The notes: generated by a model not told the origin, from the letters alone. 32,000 nucleotides of DNA from Candidatus Saccharimonadota bacterium (GCA_963718045.1 OY970350.1:60001-92000); one strand, 5' to 3'; positions 1 through 10,044 are shown, numbered from the stretch's first letter. Translations and numbers: made by a program.

Positions 1-1392
1 AAAGCTAGTAACGTGGCTACCGACTATGTCTTTAAAAAGAGACAGTTTAGCAAAGAAACAGCCCTAACTTGGAAGCTAGGCTACTCACCAAATACCGGCG
101 ATGCCTTAACCTTATTTTTAAAAAGCAAAGGCTTCAGCGAAAAAGAAATGAAATTAGCCGGTGTTGTTACTATGAGTTATAGGCTAAGTGACATGTTCAG
201 GGGCCGGCTAATGATACCTTTAGCCGACAATCAGGGGAGAGTAATCGGCTTCACCGCCCGGACACTAGAAGAAGAGATTAACCCCAAGTATATAAACACA
301 CCGCAGACTGTTTTATATGATAAAAGCCGTCATGTTTATGGCCTGCATCTGGCAAAAGAAGCAATCAGAGTCAAAGGTTACGTTGTTATTGTCGAAGGCA
401 ATCTTGATGTAATTAGCTCGCACCAAGCTGGTGTTTGCCAAGTGGTAGCTACTGCCGGAACAGCTTTAACTGACCAGCATTTAAAAGCTCTTGGTCTGTT
501 AACTAAAGACATTAGGCTATGTTTTGATGCTGATAAAGCCGGCCTGGCGGCAACTGAAAGATCTATTCCGTTAGCTTCTAAGCAAAACTTAAATATCTCA
601 GTTATTAATCTGCCGACAGGCAAAGATCCGGACGAGCTTATTAACAAAGATAAGAATTTATGGCCTAAAGTAGTCGAAAAGTCGGAGTACGCTGTTGATT
701 GGTTAATTAATTACTATAAATCTAACGTCGATCTTGAAAGTGCTCCGGGCAAAAGACGCTTCACGGACTTAATCCTGCCAGTAATATTATCTCTTAGCGA
801 TCCGGTTGAACGCGACCATTACATTAACCAACTTGCTAGTTTACTTAAAGTTAGCCCAAGTGCCTTAACTCAGAAGCTGTCAACCGTTAAAGGCGATAAG
901 CCAAAAGCTAAAATACCGCTCAATATTACCAGTGAACCGGTAGACGTTCATACAGTCGAAAAGATTAAAGTCCTAGATAACTTTTTAAGCTTGATGCTTG
1001 TCAAAAAGTCATTAAGAAACCGTTTAGATGTTTTGAGGAAAGAAATGTTCGGAACCGAAACAAGCCGGCAGCTGTTTGAAATGCTCGTTAGTAAGCCGGA
1101 TTTAGACGTTCGGAAAGACTTAAATACCTTTAAGGATCTTATAGATTATGTTAAAATAGAAGTATTACTCTTTGAAGAGATTTATAGCGGCTTAAATAAA
1201 GCAGAGCTGAATTACGAAGCCAGCCGTCTAAAAGCTAAATTAGTTGAAAATTATATAAAAACCCAAAAAGCTATTTTAACCAATGAACTTAAATCAGCCG
1301 ACACTGCGTCAACCAGAAAGCTATTAGAAGAAGCAAAGAAATTAGATAATTTATTAAACCAAGTTTTGGTGGAAGGGGGTTTAAATGCCTAA
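1..1392 (+). CDS. dnaG: DNA primase DnaG, 5'-truncated by the window edge
   Basis: Frame 1 is open from base 1, so the N-terminal zinc-finger region lies outside the window. TOPRIM signatures are present: [17 protein letters not shown] (E-G-x-x-D) and CFDADKAG (DxD). The upstream [19 protein letters not shown] matches the primase catalytic core. The track ORF 13..1392 is only the first in-frame start-like codon. Confidence 0.9.
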   Translation, partial: KASNVATDYVFKKRQFSKETALTWKLGYSPNTGDALTLFLKSKGFSEKEMKLAGVVTMSYRLSDMFRGRLMIPLADNQGRVIGFTARTLEEEINPKYINTPQTVLYDKSRHVYGLHLAKEAIRVKGYVVIVEGNLDVISSHQAGVCQVVATAGTALTDQHLKALGLLTKDIRLCFDADKAGLAATERSIPLASKQNLNISVINLPTGKDPDELINKDKNLWPKVVEKSEYAVDWLINYYKSNVDLESAPGKRRFTDLILPVILSLSDPVERDHYINQLASLLKVSPSALTQKLSTVKGDKPKAKIPLNITSEPVDVHTVEKIKVLDNFLSLMLVKKSLRNRLDVLRKEMFGTETSRQLFEMLVSKPDLDVRKDLNTFKDLIDYVKIEVLLFEEIYSGLNKAELNYEASRLKAKLVENYIKTQKAILTNELKSADTASTRKLLEEAKKLDNLLNQVLVEGGLNA

Positions 1393-2515
1393 GAATAAGC
1401 AGCCTAAAGAAGAAGACAGCGAAGTAAGTATTGAAGAACTGCGCCAGCAGCTAGTAGACAAGGCCAAAAAAGAAGGTCATGTTGCCCAAAGAGATATCCT
1501 GACTCTATATCCAGATACGCCAGAAAATGCTGAAGCGCTGGATTCGCTCTATACCGATCTAGCCGACGCTAATATTGAGATTGTTACCGACGTAGGCGAT
1601 GATGTTGCTTTTAATGATGAGTGGGTCAGTGAGGATGCTGAGGAAGAGATAGTAAATAACGCCGCCGTCTATTTAGATGATGACATTGCCGATGACTCAG
1701 TCAGGTTATATCTGAGAGAGATTGGCAAGATACCTCTTTTAACGGCTGATGAAGAACTTGAGCTGGCTAAAAAAGTGGTGGCTGGTGACAAAGACGCTAA
1801 AGAAAAAATGGCCGAAGCAAACATGCGTTTGGTTGTTTCTATTGCTAAAAGATATGTTGGCCGGGGTTTAGATCTGCTTGACCTTATCCAAGAAGGCAAT
1901 ACGGGACTGCTTCGAGCAGTTGAGAAATTTGATCCGGACAAAGGTTTTAAATTCTCAACATATGCCACCTGGTGGATTAGACAGGCAATTACCCGGGCAA
2001 TAGCTGACCAGGCAAGAACTATTCGAATACCGGTGCATATGGTTGAAACAATTAATAAGCTACTTCGAACTCAAAGACGCCTAACCCAGGAGTTAAACCG
2101 TGAGCCAACCAACGAAGAAATAGCCCATGCCATGGAGATAGATGTCGATAAAGTCGAGCATATCATGAAAATTAAACAAGATATCAGTTCGCTGGATGCA
2201 TCAATTCGTGACGATGAAGAAGACTCGGTTCTAGCTGACTTTATTGAAGATGAAGACACTATTTCTCCGGAAGAGTCAGCTACTGGCCAACTGCTTAAAG
2301 AACATGTCAAAGAAATGCTGTCCGCCTTAACTGAAAGAGAACAAAAGATCTTAAGACTAAGATTTGGTCTTGAAGACGGCAAAAGCCATACACTAGAAGA
2401 AGTCGGCCAGGAATTCTCAGTCACCCGTGAACGTATTAGACAAATTGAAGCTAAGGCCCTGGCTAAACTTAGAAAGCACCGTGACGCTAAGAAACTGCAC
2501 GACTATATTAAATAG
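1385..2515 (+). CDS. rpoD: Primary (group 1) RNA polymerase sigma factor
   Basis: Region 2/3: [54 protein letters not shown]. Region 4.2 HTH: [28 protein letters not shown]. The N-terminus is acidic. The ATG overlaps the dnaG stop by 8 nt (ATGCCTAA), and dnaG-rpoD synteny is classic. Confidence 0.95.
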   Translation: MPKNKQPKEEDSEVSIEELRQQLVDKAKKEGHVAQRDILTLYPDTPENAEALDSLYTDLADANIEIVTDVGDDVAFNDEWVSEDAEEEIVNNAAVYLDDDIADDSVRLYLREIGKIPLLTADEELELAKKVVAGDKDAKEKMAEANMRLVVSIAKRYVGRGLDLLDLIQEGNTGLLRAVEKFDPDKGFKFSTYATWWIRQAITRAIADQARTIRIPVHMVETINKLLRTQRRLTQELNREPTNEEIAHAMEIDVDKVEHIMKIKQDISSLDASIRDDEEDSVLADFIEDEDTISPEESATGQLLKEHVKEMLSALTEREQKILRLRFGLEDGKSHTLEEVGQEFSVTRERIRQIEAKALAKLRKHRDAKKLHDYIK

Positions 2516-2517
2516 CC

Positions 2518-3108
2518 ATGAACGCCCCTATAAAAATAATCGGCATTAGTGGTACGAATGGTTCGGGTAAAGACACGCTCGGTCATTTTCTAGCAGATAC
2601 CTATAACTATCTATTTATCTCAGTCACAGATATCTTACGGAATGAATGCCGTAAGCGGGGCATAACCGTAAGTCGTGAAAACTTAAGAATGATTAGTGCC
2701 GAGTGGCGTCGTGAAAGTGGTCTCGGCGTCCTGGTAGATAAGGCAGTCAGTGAATATGAGAAAGCTGAGACTGAATATAACGGCCTAGCAATAGCCTCAC
2801 TTAGAAATCCCGGTGAAGCAGACAGGATTCACGCCTTAAACGGCCTGGTTGTGTGGCTTGATTCTGACCCGAAGATCCGTTACGACAGAATTATATCCAG
2901 TCCGGCGTTTCAATCTGGCCGGGCAGGTGAGTTTCCGGCTACATTTGAAGACTTCCTGTCCCAAGAGAATGCTGAGATGACTCATTCTGGTGATGAGGCT
3001 ACTCTAAGCATGTCTTTAGTTAAAGATAAAGCTGACATTGTAATCATTAATGACTTTGATAATACTGATTTATTTGAAGATAAAGTAGCTAGTGCCCTTA
3101 ATCTTTAA
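2518..3108 (+). CDS. P-loop nucleoside/nucleotide kinase-like protein (substrate unknown)
   Basis: An N-terminal Walker A, GISGTNGSGKDT, follows a beta strand (IKIIGISG). At 196 aa, its size and layout resemble small NMP/dephospho-CoA-type kinases. No specific family can be assigned by eye. Confidence 0.6.
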   Translation: MNAPIKIIGISGTNGSGKDTLGHFLADTYNYLFISVTDILRNECRKRGITVSRENLRMISAEWRRESGLGVLVDKAVSEYEKAETEYNGLAIASLRNPGEADRIHALNGLVVWLDSDPKIRYDRIISSPAFQSGRAGEFPATFEDFLSQENAEMTHSGDEATLSMSLVKDKADIVIINDFDNTDLFEDKVASALNL

Positions 3109-3132
3109 ATTTGATGCTCTATACTATTACTA

Positions 3133-5793
3133 GTGGATAAGTCTAGTAGAAAACTTAAGCGGCTGGTGTTAATTGACGGTAAAAGTGTTTTTTACCGGGG
3201 CTACTATGCCATGCCTAATCTTAGGACTTATGACGGCACACCGACCGGCGGTGTTTATGGCTTTGCCACCATGGCGCTGGAAGTTATTAAACGCTTAAAA
3301 CCAGATTATGTCGCTGTTGCCTGGGATAAACCAAAGACAAACATTCGCAAACGTCTAGCAATCTATCCTGAGTATAAGGCTGGCCGAAAACCAGCTCCTC
3401 CGGATTTTTATGCCCAAATACCGCTTCTTCACGAACTTCTTGCTGCACTTGGCTGGCCGCTTTATGAGCTAGACGACTATGAGGCAGACGATATAATGGG
3501 GTCGCTAGCCCGGCAGGCATCAAAAAAAGACATTGAGTCGGCAATTATTACCTCCGATCTGGATATGCTCCAGATAGTTAATGAGAAGGTAAAAGTCTAT
3601 GCCCTAAAGACTGGCCTGTCTAATATTGAACTTTATTCACCTAAATCATTTGAAGCTAGATACGGTATTAAAGTTGATCAGTTTTTAGATCTTAAAGCCT
3701 TAAAAGGTGATAGTTCAGACAATATCCCGGGGGTTCCGGGCATTGGCGAAAAGGGAGCAATTGAACTAATTAAAAAATATAAGACTCTTGACGGTGTTTA
3801 TGAAAATATTGAGCTTATTAAACCTTCACTTAGAGATAAACTGGTTGCCGGTAAGGCCCAAGCCTACTTAAGCAAGACTCTAGCTAGTATTTGGACAGAC
3901 GCACCAGTCAAACTAGATCTTAAAGAAGTTGATGGCAGTAAATTAAAACCGGCCAAACTAAAAGAGTTACTGGAAAGGCTCCAATTTAAAAGTTTAACAG
4001 CTAAACTAATTGAGCTTATTCCTGACTTTGAACCTGGTAGTGCGTCAAAAAGCACGCAAACTGGCCTTAAATATGTCTTAGTTGAAAGTAATAAACAGAT
4101 TGAAAAAATGGATCTTGGCCAAAGCGACAAGCCCTGGTATGTATTCGGTAGGTCTAGCGGCCCCCATGGCATTAATCCTAAGATCTTTATACTAAGTGAC
4201 GGTACAGATAAACAAACATATGTTTTGAATCTAGAAAAACTAAACTTAAAAAAAGTCGCTTTGCTACTTACGTCTGTTAATAAAATAGTTGGTTATGACT
4301 TAAAGAGTGAACTTAAAATCCTATTAGAACTTGGCTTAAAGAAACTCCCTGATGTTTCTCACGACATTATGATTGGTGCTTTTTTAATTAATTCACTGGG
4401 CGGTGAGCAGACGCTGACAGAACTGGCAAGTGCTGAGCTCGGGCGGATCGGTTCATCATATGAAGATCTTGACAACCAGGAACTAATAACTAGAGCCGGT
4501 GAGATTATGTTGGTCATTAAAGAGGTCCATTTTAAACAGTTAAAAGAACTCGATAAACTGCCAAAGATTAAATTGTTAGCCTCAAACATTGAGTGGCCGG
4601 TCATACCAGTTCTGGCATTTATGGAAAAGATCGGCATAAAACTGGATGTTAGCTATTTAAAGAAATTCAGTGTCCAGATAGATAAAAGTATTGCTGATTT
4701 AGAAAAGGAAATATATAAGCTGGCTGGGCTAGAGTTCAATATTTCAAGCCCTGTTCAGCTTTCTGAAATACTTTTTGACCCTAAGCATCTAAATATTTCA
4801 CCCCAAGGAATTAAACGAACAAAAACCGCTTATTCTACTGCTGCCAGTGAACTAGATAAACTAAGAGGCGTACACCCAATCATTGATTTAATTAGCCAGT
4901 ACAGGGAAGTGACAAAACTTAAAAGCACTTATGTCGATGCCTTACCTAAGCAGGTAGATAAAAACTCTAGGCTTCATACAACTTTTAGTTTAACTACTGC
5001 CCAAACGGGACGGCTCAGTTCAGTTGATCCAAACTTACAAAACATACCCATTAGAACTGAACTCGGTAAAAATATTAGAACAGCCTTTGTGGCTAGTGAA
5101 GGCCGGTCATTAATAAGTGCCGATTACTCGCAGTTCGAACTTAGGCTAGCAGCTGTTTTAGCTGAAGACAAAGAGCTGATTGATATGTTTAATAAAGGCG
5201 CGGATATTCATACCCTTACTGCCGCCCAGGTATATGGACGAGAACTAGAAGACGTTACCAAGCAAATGAGACGGGTAGCTAAGGTTGTTAATTTCGGTAT
5301 TTTATACGGCATGAGTCCTCATGGTCTAAGCGTTGCTACGGGCATGACCTTTGAGCAAGCCCAGGATTTCATTAGCCGTTATAAGGAACTCAGACGTCCG
5401 CTCTTTAACTACATGAATAGAGTGATAGAAGCTGCTAAGAAAGACGGTTATGTTGAAACTATGTTTGGTAGGCGAAGAATGTTCCCTGATATACATTCCA
5501 GTAACTATATTATCCAGCAGGCGGCAGAAAGGGCTGCTATTAATATGCCGATCCAAGGTACTGAAGCAGATCTTATGAAAATGGCGATGGTGAAGTGTGA
5601 TGATTATCTACACCAGCAGCATAATGACTGTTTCTTACTCTTACAAATACACGACTCGATCTTAGTTGAGTGTCCTGATGGCGCCGCTCAAACTATCTCT
5701 TCAAATCTGAAGACTATCATGCAAGATATCTACAAGCTGCCAGTTAAACTGGATGTTGATGTCACGATCGGCAAGAACTGGGGTGAACTTTAA
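3133..5793 (+). CDS. polA: DNA polymerase I (5'-nuclease + exo-like + family A polymerase)
   Basis: 5'-nuclease: LVLIDGKSVFYRGYYA and H3TH GDSSDNIPGVPGIGEKGA. Polymerase motif A LISADYSQFELRLAA, motif B RRVAKVVNFGILYGMS, motif C LLLQIHDSILVE. It has a GTG start and no SD. The central exo-like domain has VFGRSSGP where ExoI DxE is expected. Confidence 0.95.
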   Translation: MDKSSRKLKRLVLIDGKSVFYRGYYAMPNLRTYDGTPTGGVYGFATMALEVIKRLKPDYVAVAWDKPKTNIRKRLAIYPEYKAGRKPAPPDFYAQIPLLHELLAALGWPLYELDDYEADDIMGSLARQASKKDIESAIITSDLDMLQIVNEKVKVYALKTGLSNIELYSPKSFEARYGIKVDQFLDLKALKGDSSDNIPGVPGIGEKGAIELIKKYKTLDGVYENIELIKPSLRDKLVAGKAQAYLSKTLASIWTDAPVKLDLKEVDGSKLKPAKLKELLERLQFKSLTAKLIELIPDFEPGSASKSTQTGLKYVLVESNKQIEKMDLGQSDKPWYVFGRSSGPHGINPKIFILSDGTDKQTYVLNLEKLNLKKVALLLTSVNKIVGYDLKSELKILLELGLKKLPDVSHDIMIGAFLINSLGGEQTLTELASAELGRIGSSYEDLDNQELITRAGEIMLVIKEVHFKQLKELDKLPKIKLLASNIEWPVIPVLAFMEKIGIKLDVSYLKKFSVQIDKSIADLEKEIYKLAGLEFNISSPVQLSEILFDPKHLNISPQGIKRTKTAYSTAASELDKLRGVHPIIDLISQYREVTKLKSTYVDALPKQVDKNSRLHTTFSLTTAQTGRLSSVDPNLQNIPIRTELGKNIRTAFVASEGRSLISADYSQFELRLAAVLAEDKELIDMFNKGADIHTLTAAQVYGRELEDVTKQMRRVAKVVNFGILYGMSPHGLSVATGMTFEQAQDFISRYKELRRPLFNYMNRVIEAAKKDGYVETMFGRRRMFPDIHSSNYIIQQAAERAAINMPIQGTEADLMKMAMVKCDDYLHQQHNDCFLLLQIHDSILVECPDGAAQTISSNLKTIMQDIYKLPVKLDVDVTIGKNWGEL

Positions 5794-6245
5794 GCTGATT
5801 TCCTATTCCGGCTTAATGGATTTTGCTTTCTAACTATTCTTCTTCCGCCGGATAAGAAAAGTCTAATAGCAAGGTATATAACCACCAGGCTTAATAATGC
5901 ATCCAGAGCGCTAGTCAATTTAGATAAGATGTTAGAGTCATGAGGGAAGTCTATATACCCGGCGACAATAAAGGTTATTGCTTCAAAGCCCATTAGCAGT
6001 ACGGCAAACTGCCGGCTTCTTTTCACTTGAGCCATGTGACCGAGCACCATAATAATGGCGAACCAACCGGCAGTCAGCAGGTAAAAGATTAAAGAGACTG
6101 CCATATTGCTTACACAATTACTGCTATCACTGTGACAAGTCGAGACAATGCTAATAATAGTATCCGGTATTCCAAGGAGCAGGATAGTGATGAACTGGAA
6201 AAGAGAAATTGACGCTGTCTGGTAGCTTAAGCTTAATCTAGGCAC
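5790..6245 (-). CDS. Hypothetical integral membrane protein (about 4 TM helices)
   Basis: Four hydrophobic segments are visible (e.g. ISLFQFITILLLGI, LIFYLLTAGWFAIIMVLG, FAVLLMGFEAITFIVAGY, LLSLVVIYLAIRLFL). The GTG start overlaps the upstream HAD stop by 1 nt, and the stop overlaps the polA stop in TTAA. I recognise no family. Confidence 0.55.
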   Translation of the reverse strand: MPRLSLSYQTASISLFQFITILLLGIPDTIISIVSTCHSDSSNCVSNMAVSLIFYLLTAGWFAIIMVLGHMAQVKRSRQFAVLLMGFEAITFIVAGYIDFPHDSNILSKLTSALDALLSLVVIYLAIRLFLSGGRRIVRKQNPLSRNRKSA

Positions 6246-6811
6246 TAAACCATTATACCCATTTTCTTAAAAGCATTAACTAGTGAACCTAAGTCAGTGT
6301 AATGAACACCTTTCATGCCAATAGATTCTGCAGTTTGAACAAAACGTTGAATGTCATCAACAAAAACTGCTTCACTTGCTTTTATGCCTAGGCTTTCCAG
6401 GGTATAATCAAATATTTCCGGTGACGGCTTAATATAGCCTAACTCTGAAGAAATAGTAACTTGGTCAAACAGTTTATCTATACCCGCACTAGATAAGATA
6501 TCTCTGAGATTAGATGAGCTGGCATTAGATATTAAAGCTATTTTGTATTTTGTTTTCAGTCTATATATTAAATTCAGCAAATCTTTGTTCAAGCTAGCGT
6601 TGGAACTAAATTCTTTTTGTATATCTTCTGCTGGAATGCCGCTTAGTTGACTTAAGCTGTCAAAGAATTCCTCCGGGCTGGTTTTACCCATGTCTAGTCT
6701 AGTAGCTGATTTTTTAAATTCATCAAGGCTAATATCATGTTTCAGCCGCCAGTCACGGTACTCATTACTTCTAATAACACCATAGAAGTCAAAAATGATA
6801 GCTTTTATCAT
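6245..6811 (-). CDS. HAD-superfamily hydrolase (subfamily IA-like)
   Basis: Motif I is IIFDFYGVI, where the second Asp is replaced by Tyr; this is the DxYG variant known from 2-haloacid-dehalogenase-like members. Motif II is ALISNAS, motif III YIKPSPEIF, motif IV VFVDDI. Confidence 0.8.
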   Translation of the reverse strand: MIKAIIFDFYGVIRSNEYRDWRLKHDISLDEFKKSATRLDMGKTSPEEFFDSLSQLSGIPAEDIQKEFSSNASLNKDLLNLIYRLKTKYKIALISNASSSNLRDILSSAGIDKLFDQVTISSELGYIKPSPEIFDYTLESLGIKASEAVFVDDIQRFVQTAESIGMKGVHYTDLGSLVNAFKKMGIMV

Positions 6812-6854
6812 ACCTTTATTATATTAGCTAAAAGGGCATAACGCCTAAATATAC

Positions 6855-6883
6855 TTGTCATATTTGCATAAACATGTTAATAT
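6855..6883 (+). promoter_or_regulatory. Sigma70-type promoter TTGTCA-17 nt-TAATAT for the 6907 gene
   Basis: The -35 TTGTCA is at 6855-6860, followed by a 17-nt spacer and the -10 TAATAT at 6878-6883. The -10 lies downstream of the track ATG (6874), which argues for the GTG 6907 start preceded by AAGGAG (6895-6900). Confidence 0.5.
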
Positions 6884-6906
6884 ATAGTAAGTTTAAGGAG
6901 CTTTTT

Positions 6907-7464
6907 GTGAACAGGTATTTGATCGGTATATTAGCGTTTCTTGGTTTGGCGATAGTGCTGATAGTGCTGCTGCTTACCGGTGGCGGTCATAAAACACCAA
7001 CACCAACACCGGCACCCCTCCCTAGTTACGCCAACACCGGCGCCTTTGTGCAGTTGTTTATTGATGGTCCGATTGTAGCCCCAGAAGACCACAACGCCCT
7101 ATCCATCACTGTCAGTCAGTACAGTGCTAGTTTTGCTCTGTACCAGGGTTACCAAGGTAATGTTGTCGGCTATAAGATCTATAACAACGACGAGAATTCA
7201 TTTAAAAACTTCTTAGCTGCTTTATATTACACTGGTTTTATGGATGGTCGCACGGTCCAGTACTCTAGTAATATCGGGCTGTGTGCAACAGGGGATAAAT
7301 ATGACCTTTATTTAAATTATGATGGCCAGACAATAGAGCACTACTGGACTACCAGCTGTTCAAATATTACTAGTTCATATACTGGTGATATGGCGGCAAC
7401 TCTAAGTTTATTTAATGCCCAAATACCAGACCTTCAAACCCTAACTCAAAACACCAACTTCTAG
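6907..7464 (+). CDS. Hypothetical membrane-anchored/exported protein
   Basis: The start is re-called to GTG 6907 (AAGGAG 6 nt upstream; the promoter -10 overlaps the track ATG). It has an N-terminal TM/signal anchor LIGILAFLGLAIVLIVLLL, a TPTPTPAP linker, and then a domain of about 150 aa with two Cys. I recognise no family. Confidence 0.6.
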   Translation: MNRYLIGILAFLGLAIVLIVLLLTGGGHKTPTPTPAPLPSYANTGAFVQLFIDGPIVAPEDHNALSITVSQYSASFALYQGYQGNVVGYKIYNNDENSFKNFLAALYYTGFMDGRTVQYSSNIGLCATGDKYDLYLNYDGQTIEHYWTTSCSNITSSYTGDMAATLSLFNAQIPDLQTLTQNTNF

Positions 7465-7697
7465 GCTATCCGAATATTTATCGGCACGTTTATATCAAGA
7501 TCTCTTTTTATTGCCGGTAAACTTAATCTTAAAGTGCTGGCTAGAGAGCTGCTATTTACTATAACTACCAAACCTTTTTGATTTACTCGGACCGTTGGCG
7601 TATAGCCATAAGTTTTAGAAACATACGCTTTCAGCTTTTCAATCTCAGGAGGCTCGTTAAACTCTTTATCACCCAGTATGGAACTTATAGAATCCAA
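7461..7697 (-). CDS. Small DUF721/DciA-like protein (tentative)
   Basis: 78 aa with a TTG start preceded by GAAGAGG. The C-terminal pattern TVRVNQKGLVVIVNSSSLASTLRLSLPAIKRDL...INIRI resembles the DUF721 core (x-L-x-V-x-V-x-S-S-x-x-A-x-x-L ... I-x-F/I-R). I matched this by eye only. Confidence 0.4.
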   Translation of the reverse strand: MDSISSILGDKEFNEPPEIEKLKAYVSKTYGYTPTVRVNQKGLVVIVNSSSLASTLRLSLPAIKRDLDINVPINIRIA

Positions 7698-7761
7698 AAT
7701 AGACCTCTTCTTATGCTTTTAAAGTTTAGCCAATATTATATCTATATATTAAGCTAAAGTA

Positions 7762-8625
7762 ATGCCGGAACTACCAGAAGTAGAAATTGTTAGAAGGGGA
7801 CTAAGTAACCTTGTCATCGGCAAAGTTATAAAATCCGTTGATTTTGACTGGCCCAAGTCTTTCCCAAATAAAATGGACCAGGCAGATGAATTTATCATTG
7901 GTTCAATGGTTATGGACGTTAAAAGACGGGCTAAAGTTTTAATAATTGACTTATCTAGCGGCTACAGTCTTTTAATCCACTTAAAAATGACCGGCCAGCT
8001 GGTATACAGGAGCAATAGTTTAAGTTTTGGTGCCGGACATCCCACAGATTCTTTAGTCGGTTCGCTGCCAGATAGTTCAACCAGGGTGGTCTTTAAATTT
8101 GATGATGACTCGACGCTCTTTTTTAACGATCAACGTAAATTTGGCTGGGTAAAGCTGATTAACCAAAAAGACCTCGGTGACATACTGAGTGTCTATGGGC
8201 CAGAGCCGTTAGAGGAGTCATTTAATAAGGAAGTGCTTAAAGCCGCACTAAGCAAAAAACCAAATACGGCTATTAAAGCGGCACTGCTAGACCAAAAAGT
8301 GATCGCTGGTATCGGCAATATTTATGCTGATGAGTGTCTTTGGGAAGCCAAGATCCATCCCCTGACTGCCACCCGGTTATTGTCTGACCAAAAAATTGGA
8401 TTACTTGCCCAAGTTATTAAAGATGTCTTAAGTCTAGCTATTAAACATGGCGGCTCAACTGATAGAAACTATGTCGATGTCACAGGTCAAAAGGGCAGTT
8501 ATCTAAAGTTTGCCAATGTTTTTAGAAAGCAGGGTCAATCTTGTCCTCGCTGCGAGCATGAGATTAAAAAGATAAGGGTAGCGGGGCGGGGGACTCATTA
8601 TTGTCCTTACTGCCAAAGGCTATAA
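7762..8625 (+). CDS. mutM: Formamidopyrimidine-DNA glycosylase
   Basis: The N-terminal MPELPEVE carries the catalytic Pro2/Glu3. The H2TH region contains LLDQKVIAGIGNIYADECLW. The C-terminal zinc finger is CPRCEHEIKKIRVAGRGTHYCPYCQ. Confidence 0.9.
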   Translation: MPELPEVEIVRRGLSNLVIGKVIKSVDFDWPKSFPNKMDQADEFIIGSMVMDVKRRAKVLIIDLSSGYSLLIHLKMTGQLVYRSNSLSFGAGHPTDSLVGSLPDSSTRVVFKFDDDSTLFFNDQRKFGWVKLINQKDLGDILSVYGPEPLEESFNKEVLKAALSKKPNTAIKAALLDQKVIAGIGNIYADECLWEAKIHPLTATRLLSDQKIGLLAQVIKDVLSLAIKHGGSTDRNYVDVTGQKGSYLKFANVFRKQGQSCPRCEHEIKKIRVAGRGTHYCPYCQRL

Positions 8626-8644
8626 AGACTGATAAAATATCTAA

Positions 8645-9562
8645 ATGATCGTCACACTTACGGGAGACAATCGTTATTTAATGGATAACGAACTGGAGAG
8701 GCTAAGAAATGAACTTGGTCTAACTAGTCTGGACATTACTCTTATTAATGGCGTTGAATCATCCATCAATGATATATCGATGGAGCTTTCGGGCTACTCG
8801 CTTTTTAACGACAAAAGATTAGTTATTTTATCTGAGCCCTCAAAACTCAAAGGTTTTGACGAACAAGCCGAGCAGATATTTACTCAAGCGCCGGATTCAA
8901 CAACCGTCGCTGTTATTGAACCACACCTGGATAAACGCAAAAGCTATTACAAATACCTAAAAGCAAACACTGAATTTAAGCAGCTGGATGCCTTAAACGG
9001 CCCGGCCTTAGTTAAATGGGTAAGTGATTATGTAAACGAACTTGGCAGCCAAATAGCCGCTAGTGACGCAAACTATTTGGTTGATAGAGTAGGCGATAAC
9101 CAACTTATCTTAAGCCAAGAGATTAAGAAACTGCTTCTTTATTCCAAAAAGATAGACAAAGAGTCTATAGATATGCTGACTGAGCGTTCAGCTTCAAGCA
9201 GTATATTTGAACTATTAGATGCTGCCTTTAACTTAAACGTTAAGAAGGCACTTAGGATATATAACGACCAACGAATTCAAAAGGTTGAGCCGGAACAGAT
9301 ACTAGCAATGATTTCCTGGCAACTTAATGCCCTGGCAATTTACATGTCTTCTAAGAATCTTCCCAGTGATAAAGTAGCTTCAACTTCAGGGCTGTCTCCC
9401 TATACACTTTCAAAAACAAGGCAAATAGCGTCAAAGATTACATTTAGCAGCCTTAAACAATTAGTTAGCGACTTATCTAATCTGGATTTAAAAAGCAAGA
9501 CTACTAGTCTAGATCTTGATGAGGGCCTTAAAAACTTTATTGTTAGCTTAAGTTTGTCTTAG
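8645..9562 (+). CDS. holA: DNA polymerase III delta subunit
   Basis: 305 aa with the delta-family layout: SLFNDKRLVILSEP, DKRKSYYKYLK, GDNQLILSQEIKKLLLY, SIFELLDAAF and a C-terminal helical domain. The call rests on overall similarity only. Confidence 0.8.
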   Translation: MIVTLTGDNRYLMDNELERLRNELGLTSLDITLINGVESSINDISMELSGYSLFNDKRLVILSEPSKLKGFDEQAEQIFTQAPDSTTVAVIEPHLDKRKSYYKYLKANTEFKQLDALNGPALVKWVSDYVNELGSQIAASDANYLVDRVGDNQLILSQEIKKLLLYSKKIDKESIDMLTERSASSSIFELLDAAFNLNVKKALRIYNDQRIQKVEPEQILAMISWQLNALAIYMSSKNLPSDKVASTSGLSPYTLSKTRQIASKITFSSLKQLVSDLSNLDLKSKTTSLDLDEGLKNFIVSLSLS

Positions 9563-9898
9563 CTATTTCTTCCTGGCCGGAGCTTTTTTAGTAGCCTTTG
9601 GTTTTACTGTCGTTTTCTTAGTTACAGCTACCTTGACAATTTTCTTAACTGGTTTGACCTGGGAAGCTTTAGCAAGCTTTGCAACCCGGCTTTTTAGGCG
9701 GGCAGCCTTATTCTTATGAATAACGTGCTTCTTAGCAGCTTTATCTATGGCACTTTGGGCGTTTCTAACACTTTGGCTGGTTGGTTTTTTAGATAAGCTT
9801 TTAATTGCACTTTTAAACTGCCGCTTAGTCTTGGCATTACGAACTGTAGCTTTCTGGGCTACACGGACTCTTTTACGAGCTGATTTGATTATCGGCAT
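9563..9898 (-). CDS. rpsT: 30S ribosomal protein S20 with Lys/Ala-rich C-terminal extension
   Basis: The N-terminus MPIIKSARKRVRVAQKATVRNAKTKRQFKSAIK is the canonical S20 start. At 111 aa it is longer than the usual length of about 87 aa, with a basic tail KPVKKIVKVAVTKKTTVKPKATKKAPARKK. Confidence 0.9.
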   Translation of the reverse strand: MPIIKSARKRVRVAQKATVRNAKTKRQFKSAIKSLSKKPTSQSVRNAQSAIDKAAKKHVIHKNKAARLKSRVAKLAKASQVKPVKKIVKVAVTKKTTVKPKATKKAPARKK

Positions 9899-10044
9899 TT
9901 AAATACACTTTATTGTTATAGTGACAACTATACAGGGGTGAGAAGAGTTTGTAAAGAGTACTTACAGAATGATTTACTCCCTTGCTAATAGACTGTATAT
10001 ATGGTAGTGTTCAAAGTAGGAATCTAAAATACAAAATAACAAAA

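Noticed and set aside
9982-10044. The track's N-terminal extensions: TTG 9982 for the DHH-like gene, ATG 20170 for rpsF and ATG 6874 for the exported protein.
   Set aside because: The extensions add non-conserved residues ahead of the family-typical N-termini. For rpsF and the 6907 gene, strong AAGGAG SDs sit 6 nt before the internal TTG and GTG starts. For the 6907 gene, the predicted -10 also lies downstream of the track ATG.
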